A stretch of DNA of 64,000 nucleotides from Chrysomallon squamiferum (Eukaryota; Animalia; Mollusca), in assembly GCA_012295275.1 (NCBI GenBank), contig CM022670.1, forward strand, positions 40,734,001 through 40,798,000, read 5' to 3'. Under the pieces are notes generated by a model. That model worked only from the letters and a program-made list of their open reading frames with translations. It was not told where the DNA came from and did not search any database. Positions 1 to 15,815 of the stretch are shown one piece after another. The first letter of the stretch is position 1. Every line of letters begins with the position of its first letter. Made by a program: the position numbers and the translations under genes.

Positions 1-1291
1 AACTTGTTCTTTTGTTCGTTACAAGCACTTTAACTCGATAGTGTTTCTCTCGGCTTTGATTAACTACGCTCAGAAATTTGAAAAAAAAATATATATATTA
101 AACGTGCAATGTATGTAAACCCAGAACTGATATATAATATATATATATATATATATATACAGCATGGGTATTTATCAAGCAAGTAAATAAATGAAACAAA
201 CTAAATATAACTAATTATATATCGTAAAGTTTTATTCTACTCAAACTTGATTTAAATCTTAAATTAAAAAAAAATGTATATATTTTTCACATAGTTTATA
301 TATTTAATTTTTTATTTAAGCAGATGATTGATTGTTGAATGTATTCAGAGTTTATAGTAGAGTTATTACTACTGGTTTCTTTCTAGATACGGTTATTAAT
401 TACTTGGCTTGATAATTGCCTCTGTTGAATTGTTTGCTTGTGTTCAACGTACACCAGATTTCATTACGTTTATGTCTAACAAAGTGGTGCTGTGACTCTT
501 AACTAATTTTTACATTCGTTGAATTTGTCTAACAGAATATTTTAACGTCGTTGTTTTGTCTTTCGGAATATTTTAATGTCGTTGTTTGTTGTTAAAAACG
601 CTTTTTATTTGTGTCTTAAATGCTCGGTTTGAAAATAAGCAAAAAGATATATATATATATATGTAAAATTCATTCACTAAAAAAGAAAAAAAAAAAGAAA
701 AAAATTAACAATTTGAATCAAATCTTAATTTAAAAAAAAAAAAATATTTTTAATTTAAATGGAAATAGGTACTTTAACTATTAGTGTTATGGAATTATGT
801 ACATATAAAGTAAAAAAATAAAAAATACACGCATAGAAGTAAAAGAATTGGTGCTTTTTAAAAAGATAGATTTCAAGAGAGATTCGGAAAAAAGTTAAAT
901 CTACTTCATAGTAAATATTGATATTGGTGCTTTTAAGAAAAGGCTGAGAATCCTAAAGGTATATGTTTGATTAATTATAAAATATTTTTATAAGTGCTAT
1001 AAACTAGTCGAATTGTTTTACTGTGCCATATAAAATGATATATAACACACATTATATATAAAATATATATTATGTACATATATAGTGCTCGTCTGTTGCT
1101 AAATCTTTCATCAAAGGACATTGTTATTTCTCATGATTCAGAATAAATGTTATTTATTTTTTAAATTTGATTTTCGTTGTTTTTCTAGTCATTGTTAGAT
1201 ATGTATCTTTGTCTTTATCTCATTCTTTCTTCTCATCTTAAACTCTCTCTCTCTCTCTATTATTATTGTTGTAATTGTTTTATTATTAGTA

Positions 1292-1332
<41 letters not shown>

Positions 1333-1680
1333 TCTTCGTCTACCTAGCTATCTCTCTGTCTTATTCTCGAAATTCAAGAGAAAGTAAAAGTGTAAAGGAA
1401 AAAATAAAAAAAAAAAAAAAAAAAAAACACAAGTTACTCTTAAATGGAACAGAAAACATTAATTATATAATTCATTAACACTCATGGACAAGCTTGGATA
1501 TAAAATAATTTCATTCTTCAAAGCAGTAAAGTTAGAAGGAACGATTAAAAGAAATATTTGAAAACGGTTAATGAATATGATTAACAAACGAATAAGGACG
1601 ATATGCTCTATGTGCTTGCAACACGGTTTTTCATTTTGTAGAATTTATAATTCATTACTTGAAAACGAGGAATGGGATAC

Positions 1681-1735
1681 AGGGAGGGAGGGACGGAGAG
1701 GGAGGGAGGGAGGGACGGAGAGGGAGGGAGGGAGG

Positions 1736-1771
<36 letters not shown>
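1681..1771. repeat. (GGGA)n/(GA)n purine tract
   Basis: Read directly from the sequence. Confidence 0.95.
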
Positions 1772-1775
<4 letters not shown>

Positions 1776-1858
1776 GTGTTAAAAGACATAACAAATTAAA
1801 TAACTTATTTATTTTTTCATTAATTGTTATTAATAAAATTATTGTTGTTGTTATTATA

Positions 1859-1862
<4 letters not shown>

Positions 1863-1942
<80 letters not shown>
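1863..1942. repeat. (AAT)n(ATT)n inverted microsatellite (palindrome)
   Basis: An AAT run abuts an ATT run at about 1898, giving arms of about 36 bp. Confidence 0.9.
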
Positions 1943-4345
1943 GTTATTATCATTATTATTATTTTCAAAATAACAGAATACAAGGTTTTTTTTTTATATA
2001 TATATTTATTTCATGTAGTTGTATTTATTAACTTTATTATTTCGTCACTGACCACAAAGTCGATGTTTTCGTTTTGATGAAAAATCTTTACAAATTAATT
2101 TCTTTATCACTGTCTTTGTAACATCAGACATACGTAATTATATTAACACAATTTTGTATTTAAAAAAACTGTCTTTAGGTTGTTATATATCTTCAGTGCA
2201 GTTTAAATATAAATAAGAGTAGCTTAAATGACGCTCAGTATGAAATGTCTGTGTGTGAGTGTGTTTGTATGAAAATGTTCACAAATAGTTTAGTGCGCAT
2301 ACGTTTAAATTTTTGTGTGCGAATGTCTGTCTGTCTGTCTGTCTGCAGATGTGTTACGTGGTTTTGTGAAGGCGCTATTCAAATTTTTTAAAAGGGTGAG
2401 AACAGTTAGACGCGATGGTCAGCAGAGTCCGCTGAGAAACCCGCGGTCAAGGAATGCAAACGAGGCGAGGCGTTGACGGAAACAAGATGATGTCCAGCAA
2501 TCAGTTAGAACAGAAGAAAACATGCGATACATAATACAGCACAGTGTGCGTTCATAAACTGTTTTGTGATAGAAATATTTAAAATTTTTCACTTTTCTTT
2601 TAAAATTTTTTGGAAAAATAAACATTAAATTAATTTTTCTTGACCGTCATTATCGCGTTGTCATAAATGTCGTTGAAATTATCATCATCAGCGTCATTAT
2701 TCTTATCATCGTCATCGTCATCAAGAAGATTATTATTATAATTAACCAAAATAATTTATTATGCTGTTCTTTTAAAATGTTGATTATTTTTAATAAATGA
2801 AATATCTGCTGATGACGATGACCTTATCGTGACCTTCTGGTAAATACTGATAACAAATTGTTGTCTTTTTGTAACAATACAAAGCTTTAAACAAATAAAA
2901 TAAAATAAAATAAAATAAAATAAAAGTGAATTATGTAACATTACTGAATTACATTGTGGTCACTTTTCAATCTTGAAATAAAAAATTAAAATAAAAAGAA
3001 ATAAAAAAAATTGTGTGATACTGCACAGTTCAAATATTCATTCAACATTTACTGCTGTATAAACATCATTTGGGAAATAAACAAACGTACAATATCCGGC
3101 TTTTAATGCGCTTCGAGAACGAAAAAATATCATCGAAACTAAACAGAACAATAACTGCGAGTGTATTAGAAAAGTTTCATCTTCGCTTTTCGCGATTAGA
3201 ACGGAAACAGGTACTTCACGGTATGATTCCAACCGCAGCAGTTTTATAGATGGCGCCTCATATAATAAAACATAGTCAGCGTGGTTGTTGTTATTTTTGT
3301 TTTTTATTCCGTAAAATATATTTTCATTTTCTTATTAAAGAGCTGAAAAAAGGGAGATTATTTGAAGACGAAAATTGCCGCCATATTGAAGTTAATATCT
3401 CCCCAGATTTCTTAGTATTGTTTTATATTGAAATTTAAGTTAAAAAAAGAGAACAACCTCCTCCCTGTCTCAATCAATTATTTGCATTTGTGGTGAAAAG
3501 AGTTCGGTTAAAATCGTGAATTTCCGTAAAGTTATCGAAAGATATTGCAGAGCTTCGAAGTAACAGTTATATTTAAAATCCCGAAAAAGGTGGAAAGGGA
3601 AAACATATTCTAATACGGTATATTATTATAAAAGTTTATTTCATTTTAAATGAAATAAAATGAAATAAAACAAAATAAATAAAAATAAATAAATGAATAA
3701 ATAAATCTCTTATGACTTCTACTAGTTTTTAAATAAAATGAAAAAAAAAAAAAACAACAACAAAAGAACCTATAAAATTAAAAAATAAAATAAAAAAACT
3801 GTACTTTTTAATATTACCGATTATTCAATGTCAAACGTGTTTTTTCTTAAACATAACGCTATTAAAAGAAAGAAAATCCGTTGATCACTTTACAAGCAAG
3901 CGAACTCCTACGAATATCAAAAGATAAACTCAGTCATTCTTACACATTTCGGGGACGTTAGTTGGAACCGGAAATATTTTAGTGGGCGCAATCAAGAAAG
4001 TTTCATCCTACAACTTACTGAGCTCATACTGTCGTCTGCTTTTCGTACGAAAGAAAAAGTGACGCGTTCCACGTTCAGATGTTAAATATCGATTGACCTT
4101 CACCGAGACCGCCATTGTTGACATATTTACAGTTGTTTGTTGTCTCGATTTAGACGCCCTTTTTCTACGTTTTTTTTTCTTGTTTCCCATTGAAGATTTC
4201 TATTGTGGGACTTAAATCCAGTTGTTTAGATTCAGTTCCAGACGCAGTTAGAATATCAAGGGCAGAGAGATTAGTGAAAAATGTGGTTAAAGTTAGAAAT
4301 GTAGATCAGATGGTTTTAAGATGAGTTATTTATAACGTAATAACG

Positions 4346-4383
<38 letters not shown>

Positions 4384-5644
4384 AATAATAATAGCAATAA
4401 TAATAATGACAATAATAATAACAATAACAATAATAATAATAAAAAACATTAATATAAAACGAGCATTCAAAGTAATAACAAAGTTTTAACATTATTAAAA
4501 ATACAATGACAATCAGTGTTGTGAAACAACCCCACAAAACATTTTAAAAACATTTTATTTCTTCTCAAACGTAAAGAACATGTTATTGATACATAGACAG
4601 AAAATTGATATAAATCTTTCATTCACTCTTCCTTTTCTTCGAGTCAGTTGTGTTCTTGGTGAAAGCAGGGGGGGGGGGGGAGGGATGGGTCATACCTGTC
4701 TCAATACCCAACTTTTACTTTGAAGAGATGTGTCTTTTATTTCATATACTGATAAACGACGTGTAACTTAAACCGATTTATGTGATACAGACTAAGACAT
4801 TCCTAAGAATTTATCTGAAACCTTTTCGTCTTTAAACCTCGTGTCGAATACGACTCTCAGGTATCCTTCTGTGCTCTGGGGGACAGATGACGTTGGTGTT
4901 GCATGATGGAAGTTACCTGACTGAAAGAATTAGAAAAACACAGTCGTAATCTGAGTGGAAATTACCTATTAGTCCACGCTCGCTTTGATTCTCGGCAGTC
5001 AGGACTTGGAGTCGTATAAAGATGAGCGTAATTAAGGCGACGTAAAAAAGTTCAGCGAAATCGCATCAATTAGCCGCTGACTAAAAGCCGCCCTGGTATT
5101 AAAGCCTAACATTGGAAAGCAATGAAAAGTGGTAAAAACAGGGCCAATAAAAACACAACAGGAAAAGTGCATTGAGGGTGCATTAAGGAAATGTTCTTAC
5201 GAAACAAAAAGAAAAGAAAAAAGATGAAAAGTAGAGAAGGAAGAACACAAAAGAGAGAAAAAAAAAAAGAGAAAATAAAAAAAGAAGAAAAAGTAAGAAA
5301 GAAAAGTTATACATTAATAGATAAGAATGTGACAGTTGCTTCACGTTTCATTAACAGTACTAGGTGTGTGTTATTCCCAATGCTGACACTGCCTTTAATA
5401 AAACGACACCAAAAGTACCCGTTCTAATTAACTGTTATAATTAAAGATTAATGCTGTCATAACAAACAATAACATTAATATATCAAATACGAGTAAGTTT
5501 AATCGTTATAATTAATAGGTTTACATCAAAATAGTGACGTCATCTCTTTCTGGATTCGATTACAATAACTAATATCGATGATTAAGCAAACTCCTAGATA
5601 TGTTATTTGCAATAGATCCGAACAAATCAAATGAAAATCATGTT

Positions 5645-5890
5645 TAAATTAAAAATAAATAAATAATTAAAAATAAAATTATAAATAAATAAATAATTAA
5701 AAATAAAATTAAAATTAAATAAATAATTAAAATCAAAATTAAAATTGAAATCAAAATCAAAATCAAAATCAAAATCAAAATTAAAATTAAATAAATAATT
5801 AAAATCAAAATTAAAATTAAAATTAAAATCAAAATCAAAATCAAAATTAAAATTAAAAATTAAAAATTAAAAATCAAAAATTAAAAATCA
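5645..5890. repeat. (AAAATY)n hexamer repeat
   Basis: AAAATT/AAAATC units. Confidence 0.9.
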
Positions 5891-8691
5891 TTTATAACAC
5901 TGTACATGCGTATGTTTATCAGGATTCAAACCCAGTAACGAACGAAAACTGCGAAAGTCACCCGGTTACTTGCAGTTACAATTAAGATTCGAACAAATGA
6001 CAAACGTATAAATTAACTGGTACAATGATACCGGGATAACATGCGGTGGTATCCCGGCCTGTGTATTTTACAAGTGTCAACATTCATTTGTGTTGCCTCT
6101 ACTTGTTCGATTTTCAGCGTACAAACCCCAGAGTCGTTAACCGGTCTAATGGTGTTGTTGAAGAAAAGTTCATATTTGCCCGCTTCCCGCTAAAGTTTAC
6201 TTGAATAGAAAATTTGAAATAATTAAATAGACTCACAGAAAACAAGGAACAGTTTTTTGTTTTCTTTAATCGTGCAGGTAGGAAAAAGGTCGAGGTGTTT
6301 GGTTGAGCTTTGTGGGAGTTACAGAGATTTGAGAAATTATTTTATTTCAGTTATTCAGAAGACTGAAGAATTCGTGTCTTGTGAACATGAATCTGTTAGT
6401 GTTTGCATGTTAGACGTTTAAGAGAAGAAAGAAATGATTAGTCTTACACCTCTGTAATTAGTTCACTGTTTGAGTCGCTACGAAATTGTGATCGCTGGAC
6501 CTAAAAATCTAAAGAGATTTAATCAAAGGTTATATTTCGAAAAAAAACAATAAATAAAAATATATATATATTCAAATATATAAATATAAAAAAATGAAAT
6601 TGAATAAAATAAGAATAAAATAATCTTAAGTAAAACATTTCATTTTAAATAAAATAATTTGGTCCAGATAACTGCACACTTTGCTCTTTTTGGCTAGGTT
6701 AAATTATACAAGGATCCCTATCAGCTGATATCAGCTATCTAAATCTGAATCCTAGTTCTGTGGTAATATAATAGCATCTGAACTGAAGAGTGAAATTCAA
6801 CGTTTAATACAAAGTATCAGATTATGTGACTTCAAGCTATACTGTGACATGATTAGGATACAGAAATTCACTTATGTTTCAGATAACGAAATCGGGGGTT
6901 TTTGGTACTTTTCTGCGGGTTCACTTTCAGTCGTTTCGTTTTGTTTTCACTATTTAATGAAGTCAGCTTTTTTCATTCTTCATGCAGCAGAGTGCAGTCA
7001 AATGATCGAATTATAATTTTATTATTTTGTATTACAGGCAAAGTCTTTCTTTGGGATTCTCTGAATGGTTATGAATGAAACCGGGTGCCTAAATTTTGTG
7101 ATCCCATAACATGACAATGAAATAAAGAAACAGTTTACAAGAATTCTCTTTTTCATAACGAACAATTTTTTTTCATTTATGTATTGCAGAATTTATTTTA
7201 ATAATCGGTTAATTTAGAAAAAAGTGCCTCTTCGAAATAAGTAAGAGAGCAAATGCGTGCAGATTTCATACGCGGTTGGGATAATAAATAACTTCTTCAT
7301 TTGCAAGCGATCAAACGCACCATTCAACCTGTGCCAGCTTCTGTGATTAGCAGGACCTAAAAAGAATGGATCCTTACGAAAATACAAGTAAGAACTTTCT
7401 AGAACTGTCGGTGATCTATATATGGCCATCTTGTGACGTCCTGACTGCAGTTTCAGAATTGGTGAACGCCCATGTGCCGTTCTGATCATGTCACATATTT
7501 AGCAGTTGTGTAACAAAGGAACATTTACGTCATACAGAAAATGGCGCAATATTTACCGAGTCCTGGCAGACGACAGACGCGACATTTTTAAAACTGCGGA
7601 GATGATCGTCTGCCAAAAATTGCGGGCTCATGTTGAAGGATCTGCGCGATTGATTAGGACAACGGCGAAGTTTGTGTCGCGGAAATCTCCCCAAGGTCGA
7701 AATCTGTGTACCCAGGACAACAGAAACACGACGAGGAAATCGACAGATAAGTTTGAGGAACAATAGGAAGAATTGCAAAGTGTTTTAGTTAAATCCCGCT
7801 GTTAGTTTTCCCTGTTTAAATGAGGATATTTTCTTACAGCTATAACTGTAATGTCAATGATTACACCCTTCACTACAGAAATAAACTTTCCTTTTAAAGT
7901 TACAAATACAGAAATATAGGAATTGTTGGTTTGTTCCGATTTTCTTTCTGTTATTATGTAACAAATAGTTTGGAAGCAAACCAGTTTAGGTTTAACTATT
8001 CTTTTAAAAAATGTTTTTTTATTTTTTATTTTATATAATTACCTTAAAATACTAGACTATTATTAAGAGCAAAAATGTAAAATACGTTTTAAATGGACAA
8101 GAGTGTGAAAAGGTATAATTTACAGCAACCATGGTCTATGAGTTTCCGTAAAAGAGTTTTTCTTTGCCCAAAATTTCCCGTTGATAGCCCGACTTTGGGA
8201 GTTCAGTCGAACGCCTATCACAACAAAAACAACAACAACAACAACAATAATGATAATGATGATGACAATGATGATGATGATGATCTTGGTGACAATGGTG
8301 AAGATAAATTTAAAAGATTCCTGTTGTGGTGAATAGCAAGGGAAGATCTGGATTTCACACATAAATTTTATAATTTTATTTATAATCCATGAAGAAAAAA
8401 ATCAATAATAAAGATGATGATTTTGATTATAATTTCAATGATTATAATAATAAATAAATAATAATAAAAATAATAAAAAATAAATAAAACTGTTAAAGAT
8501 ATATCAGTATATATTTAAAAGAACAACTTGTTTTTACTACATGTTTCGGTGTTTCTCTGACAGGTTTCAACATCAGTCTAAGCAAGGTAAGTTTTACCTA
8601 CGATTTACAGAAACATCCTTTCGTTAGAAACCCTTAAATAAATAAATAAATAAATAAATAACAACAACAACAGTAATAATAATAATGCTAA

Positions 8692-8722
<31 letters not shown>

Positions 8723-9623
8723 AGATAATAATAATAATCATAAAAGCAAGATATTAGATGAAACAGATAATTAAAAAAGTTTTTAAATAATCTTTTTTTT
8801 TTTTTTTTTTTTTCTTTTCTTTTCTTTTTTTCTCTTGTAAATCACCAAAATAAAAACATTTTGGTAGCAAAAATAAAAATGAAAAGACACGGAAATAGGA
8901 AAACTAAATACTTTGGTGCCGAAAGTCCGCGTTCATTGATTGCATCAACTCAAAATGTTTGCGTCGTAAATCCCTCAAGGCCAACCAGAGCATCAATGTC
9001 GTGTTTTCTGGAAAGAAGACGTCGATTGACAAAGGTTTACAGAAAGGAACAACAATTCGAAACCTTTTGTTGTCCAAATCCCTCGGTTTTTTTTTTTTTT
9101 TTTGCTCTGGCGCTGTTTCGAAGAATGAGGATATTTTAACTAAATGACAATATTAACTGAGATTTTTCGAAGACCAAAAATAAAAGACCTACTTTGAAAT
9201 ATGCGAAGTTATTTTTAAACGAGTTTAAGGAACTATTGTTTGATGTTTTTTTATTTTTTTATTTTTTTTTTTTTCATAAAGATTTTAAAAAGAATCAATG
9301 ATTTGGATATATGTACTATTATGTGTGGTTTGTTTTGTTGTTTTATTACTTAGTTTTTTTGTTATAAGTACGAAGTCAAGTATTTGTGGAATGAAATTCT
9401 GAAATGTTCTTGAAAAATTATGATTTACCTCTGCAAGCATTGTGGAGCAATTTCTCGGCAAAAAAAAAAAAAAAATGATGCCACTAAATGACTGCATGAA
9501 GTATAAAATTATGCCCAAAGTAGACATATTCTTTCATTTATTTGTTCAGTGCAGAATATTAGTTAAACATGAATGTTTGTAAATTATCACAAACGCAGAG
9601 AACGTGTAGGAGGCTTCAAGAGA

Positions 9624-9682
<59 letters not shown>

Positions 9683-12600
9683 ATCAACGAACAAATAAAC
9701 TATCTTGTAAAATAAAAAATAATAATGCATACTGTAAACAGTTTAAAGTGTTTTCTTACTTAGTGGTAAAGATATGCAGGTACATCTGTTTGTAGATAAT
9801 ATCATATACAGACATTTCTCCTTTATAACGCTTAATTCCGTGATGAGGAGTGAATGAATAAATTAATATTTAATTACACCCACAACACAGTTAATCGACT
9901 ATCCAGTGTCAAACAATTAATAATTATAAACAATCTCAAAATTGAAAACTTAACGCCGAGGACAACTCTTTTAACAAATGAACTCCATAATAAATTTAGA
10001 TTAATCTGATATTATTTCATTTATTTTAATATTAATAATTTTTGAACATTTGTTCAGAGAAGACGTAGAACTGTATTTTTTAGAGAACTGTATTTTATAG
10101 TGTTTGTGTACCGCACTGTGGGTGATTCTTTCAGATTAAATCTTTTCTTTGAGAAATCTTGAGATTGTTCTTCCAAATTAATGCCGTTTGCGTCATTTCT
10201 TTTACGTAGTCATCAGAAGGAAATCACGCTAACCTATAAATAATTCACTGCAGACTTTATCATAACCATTAAAAAATACGACGGTTTCGTTGATTCCAGT
10301 ATTTTTTTTATAAAAACATTAAATACTTTTGTGAATTTAAACTGAAAAGCGTACTACAAATAACACTAATTCAGATAAATATTTTTTTCCACAGCTGACA
10401 AGAAAATTTTGTAAATTATTTAACATTTACCACTGACATTTGTCATAAATTTTATTATGGACAGAAACAACTCCGTCCAGACCAAATTACGGCCAAATGA
10501 CCTCACGTTGTTATCTACGTCAAAACGAGGCCGATCTAGGAATGAGGTTGACATCACGAAGATAATTATCGTCAGACATAAACTTTATACATGACCCAGA
10601 AAACAGAAGAAAAAAAAAAAAAAAAAAAAAAAAAAAGCACAGGGAAGGTTTATTATATTGACAGAATCTCAGTAAGTATATTTAAACAGGGTTAAATAGG
10701 TCAACCGCCATCAAAAACGACACTCATTATTCTCGTTTTCAGGTGTCACAATTTCGACCAGGTGCCATATATCGCTGAGACAGGATTAAATCCATGGCAT
10801 AATTGGACAGGATCCGCAGCTCTAAATTTGCTTGGATGGACGAAAGCATGATAAAGACTCTTAACTGAATTTGACGGCCATAATTTTCTTACGTGTTGAC
10901 ATTCCGCCTAAATTAATGCGGACAGAAACTCTAACAGACAACAACATTTTTCTGTTACACATATATAATTCAATGAAAGAAAAACAATTTTTTTTTTTTT
11001 TTTTTTTTTTTAAATAGTGCAAAAGATGTTGAAATTAAAAAAATATATATATTGCGGAAAAATAAAAATAATTTTTTTAAAATACAAATTAAAATAAAAA
11101 GAAAATTTGACAGCAACATTTTTTTAATATTGCATCGTTTCTCATTTGGAAAACAATGTCTTTGGAGTGATGTGTGCAGGTTTCTTTTCGTTATTATTAT
11201 TATTATTTTTTTTCTTCTTTTTTTGTCAGTTCCAATCTGAAGTTGATTATTACGCAACAAAAGAGAATTTAATGGATTCAATTTGAACAAAACCCTGCGT
11301 TCTCTCACCACAAAGAAAAAAAAAAAAAAGATAAGAGATAAATCAAAACATAAATAATAACGACGACGACGATGATGAAGATAATAATAATAATAAAAAA
11401 AGTAGAACAGTAGTAGTAATAGTAGTAGTAGTAGTCGTCTAGTAATAATAGTAGTAGTTGTTTTTATAATAATAATATACCATCCCCAGAAACATCAACA
11501 ATAAAAATAATAATAATAAAATATTGTGTATACAACAAACAGGCATTTATCTCTTGTTTTTCATTCTTTTATTAAAGCAAACAGATTCTTCTCGTTTTAG
11601 CTGACACAAAGAGAGAAAAGAAGAAAAATTTCAAAGCAGAAGACAGCGACAGTAATCCACAATGAAACTCTGTGTTTGCTCTGAAACTTGAAAAAGAGCC
11701 GTCGATGAATACAACTGGGACGTGTTTGCTGTGAGATTTGCAGCTCTATTTCCAGCCAGGACATTTTTGTATACATTTTGCTTATTCTGCTGGCGCTGGA
11801 AATAAAATCTGTTACCCGAAAATGTATTTGTTGTAGGTCAGATTTATTTGAACACGATTAAAGTGTTAATCTGCGAGCGTTTCAAGAGCGAGGTACGCAA
11901 AATGAGACCGCTCTTGTTTGTACGTGTCTGCTAGAATTGCTGTTACTGTTACAGAATGTTTTTTAAAGACGTTTATTATTATTATTATTTATTATTATTA
12001 AAGTGTTATTTGAAGGTATCTGAGATATTTTTTGAAAATATTTTGTTTGTCAAATGTTCCACATTTTTGTGTATTTCAAACTGATATATAATTCTCTGTT
12101 TTCTCATTCATATTAATAAACGGTTAAGTTTGTTTTAGCACTTTTTAGTTGTATTAAATGTAGCTGTACCCTTTCTATACATAACAAAATACAAATTTAC
12201 TTTCACTGACACTAAACGATTGTTTACACATCAGTTTATATGTAAAAATATTTTCCATCGGTTTTGATTTTTTGCTTTTAAAGGTGATATTTAAGTTATT
12301 TCAGTGGCTGGTCCTTGTGAAAGTAAAGTGCTTTAACAGTTAGTTCACATAATGTCAGTTAGTTTTCCTTCTTTGTATAATGAGAGAGAAAAAACATTTG
12401 TCTGGTATTTGATAACTTTTGATATTGAAATGTGTTGATGTTTATGCAACGTTAAACAAAAATTCATTTATTATGTTATTTATCATTCATATTTTGAAAA
12501 CTCAGTCTCTGGGTGTTTCATTTGTCAAACTTGTTCTGAATGAGTTGAATCATTTGCATCTTATTTACTTCATTAAGATTATACAGCATGGACTGCTACC

Positions 12601-15548
12601 ATTTAGAAGGAAAATTCATGACAAAATTTAAATTATTTAAAATTCGTAATATTAATATCTATCGTCTTTTAAAATAATGTCTAACTTCATTTTTAGTGTT
12701 ATTCAACAAAACAGCAAAAAAAAAAAAAAAAAAAAAAAATCTATAATTGTAACCTACATATCGACAACAACGACGACGACAAGAGCACACACGGGAAAAA
12801 GTTCAAAGACAAACACGACGTTGTGAACATCGTTGACCTGCAAGGACTCGATCAATGACGATGCGCTCAAGGTTTGTGAAATTCTTTGTTCCCATTCTGG
12901 AGATAGTCTGCTTCCAAGACAAACTAGGAAACAAAAATCAGAGTTAACAGCACGAGAATAGAAAGAGTATTTTCCGCGGACAAAAATACAGCAGTGAACA
13001 AAGAAACGAGGGCAACTTTTTGAAACATTCTGATTAAAATAATCTCGTCTCCGTCCAAAATTTCAAACTCTGTCGGGTTATTCGTAGACACGGAACATAA
13101 AATGAATAATTGAATGAGCTGATAAAGTATTAAAGATATCACACGTATCCAGAAAAAGAAGAAGAATAAAAAGAAGAATACGAGGAAAAAGTAAACAATT
13201 TATTGACTCATAATTTGTTAACATCTCATTACACACAATAAAACATTTCAGGTATAATATAAGAAATATAATTAACATTAATCATAACAGGTACTGTAAA
13301 CCATCGGCTTTTTTTTTTTTTTTTTTTAATTGTAACAAATAACTGCGTAGGTAAGATGTTCTGGTTCAGATGTATTTTTCGCTAGTTTTAAATTAAAAAG
13401 ACGCTCGTCAGAAAAGCAAGGACATTAAAATGTTTTAAGCCGTTCTTTATTTAACCAGTGTCGGTATGAAATAACCGGAAACAACGAGGCTATTAGAAGT
13501 CACGCAATGGATGTCGGGTAATTAAAAGCGACACGAAAAGATGTATGTAACCGAGCACGTAGATCGGGTCTCAGAATGTACTCGTACTGAGTAACTGAAT
13601 CAATAAACAACCCAAACATTAATAACAGCAGCAGAAGGCAATAACAGCGACAACAACAATACAAAATAATAAGAAGAATTAAGAGAATACTAATAAGAAT
13701 AAGAACAACAACAACAATAATAATGATGATGACTAACGAGATAAAATAATGATAATAAATTAGAATAATCCTAAACAGGGAATATAATTAATTTAGAAAA
13801 ACTTTACTGTTCAGCGGTTTTAACTGAAAGTCTTCGCTTCCTAAAGTTCGCATTACATAAAAATCGTTAATATTTCCCTGATTCTGAAAAACAGCCGCTG
13901 GTGTAAAATATACTCTACAATAATTTCTTCCTGAGATTTACAAAAAAACAAAAAACAAACAAGTGTCATCGCCTCTATTCGCATAAATTCCGCGAAAAAA
14001 TATTTGGAAGACTGGTGCACTCGGGCGAAATGCGGAATTGGCAACACGGAATTACAGTCCCGCAGTAAAACAAAAGCGCTTGTTTGTTGGTGAACTTGTA
14101 ACAAGAAGAGTAAACACGGCAGAACAAAGTAGCACCTCGCAGATTGTTATCTGTACTCTGTGAAGGTTAACTCGCGTTTGAGAGATTTGTTTGTCTGTGT
14201 GTTCAAGTCCGCATTGGCGACAGTTCTTAGAAGGCTCTTCAAACGATCTCAAGGTCGGATTTCGTCTCCGTGAGCTTCCTTGTTTGCCATCGCAAGACTT
14301 CGTTTATTTCCGTGTAGTGTTGGCAGTGATTGATTGATTCCCGAAATACACGATGTGTACAGGCATTGCTTAATTTTGTTACTAAAGATTGCACGTTTTA
14401 AATCCTTGTTTGAAAAAAGGAATAGAAAACAGGTACCAGTTTTCTTTTGTTGATTTCCCTAAAGATTATGCGTTTGAAATTCTCCGTAAAAGAGAAAACT
14501 GGTACAATTTTCGTTTTGTTAAGATTGTTGTTGGGTTGTTTGTTTTTCTTGATACTTTTCTTCTTCTAGGCGAGAGTTATGGATATTTTAATGAATTACA
14601 ACTGCCGGAGTTGTAATTTCTGTTCTTGAATTTAATTAAGTGAATGAATAAAAATTTCTAAATAAACCCCAACAAACCAATCCCCCCAAAACCCCCTAAA
14701 CCCCAAAAATAAAACAACAAAAAGAAATTAATGAAAGTATAAAGTTTATGAAACAAAATAAATATATAAAAGTAACCACAACGATATAATAAATAAATAA
14801 ATAAAACATTTGAATTAAAATCTAAATTGAAAAAAATAAGAAAATAAAAATAATAATAAACATGGGCAAAAACGATTTTGTTACTTTTTTGTTATTTTTA
14901 TTTTTACTTTTAAATTTTTTTGTTTTGAAACTGATATATTTTCAGGTAATGAGCACTTGGTTAAGAATGAACATTTGTCACGATGTACCAGGAACTGACT
15001 TTTTCCTAAAACAAAGGTCAGTGGTTTTAGTCATCGTCACAAAAACGGGGTCAGATACTTATTAACAAATAAATTAAACTGTACTTGAGTAGCGTCGTTG
15101 TAACGTGTAGAAAAGACAAGACAATTGAAACATCACGAACTGCGCTGGTAATAATTAGAGAACATCACGCTATTTTAAGATGGTTTGCTGAGGTAAAAAT
15201 AGAAGAAATAAAAAGAGAAGAAAAAGAAATATAATTCTGATAAGGAAGACAATAAATAACTGAACGAATGAATGAACAAATAAATAATCTAAAATGATAT
15301 AAAACTGAGTTCATGTGATGCATGTTTTATGACCTATCTTTGCGATCTAATGAAAATTTCATGCCTTGGCTTCATAGATATTTAATAAATAATACATGCA
15401 TCTGCATAATAAGTTATTTAGGTATGTACGCACTTACTCTGCAAGAAGCACATATTTATATACATTAAAAATTTCACACCTGTACAAATATGAACTAGAA
15501 GATTAAAACAAATTGACACTACATGTATCCGGATTTATAAATTATAGG

Positions 15549-15815
15549 TATGAATGTATGTATGTATGTATATATGTATGTATGTATGTATGCATGCATG
15601 TATGTATGTATGTATGTATGCATTATAAATGTATGTATTACGTATGTATTTATTTATATATTTATGTATGTATGTATATGTATTTATATATGTGTTAGTG
15701 TGTATGTATGTATGTATATATCTGTTAGTGTATATGTATGTATGTATGTATGTATTATATATGCATGTATTACGTATGTATGTATTTATATATGTGTTAG
15801 TGTGTATGTATGAAT
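15549..15815. repeat. Compound (TATG)n repeat with internal duplication
   Basis: Read directly; TATATGTGTTAGTGTGTATG recurs. Confidence 0.9.

Noticed and set aside
1571-2077. ORFs with poly-Ile, poly-Thr, ERER, YVCM, HTHT or poly-Asn/Asp tracts throughout the window (this one and many others)
   Set aside because: All coincide with microsatellites and have no domain content or splice support.
7214-7778. Moderately GC-rich block with 82-91-aa ORFs on both strands
   Set aside because: No recognisable domain or coherent exon structure. More likely regulatory or repeat-derived.
13850-14350. GC-richer block with short minus-strand ORFs
   Set aside because: No recognisable protein motif or phase-consistent partner exons.
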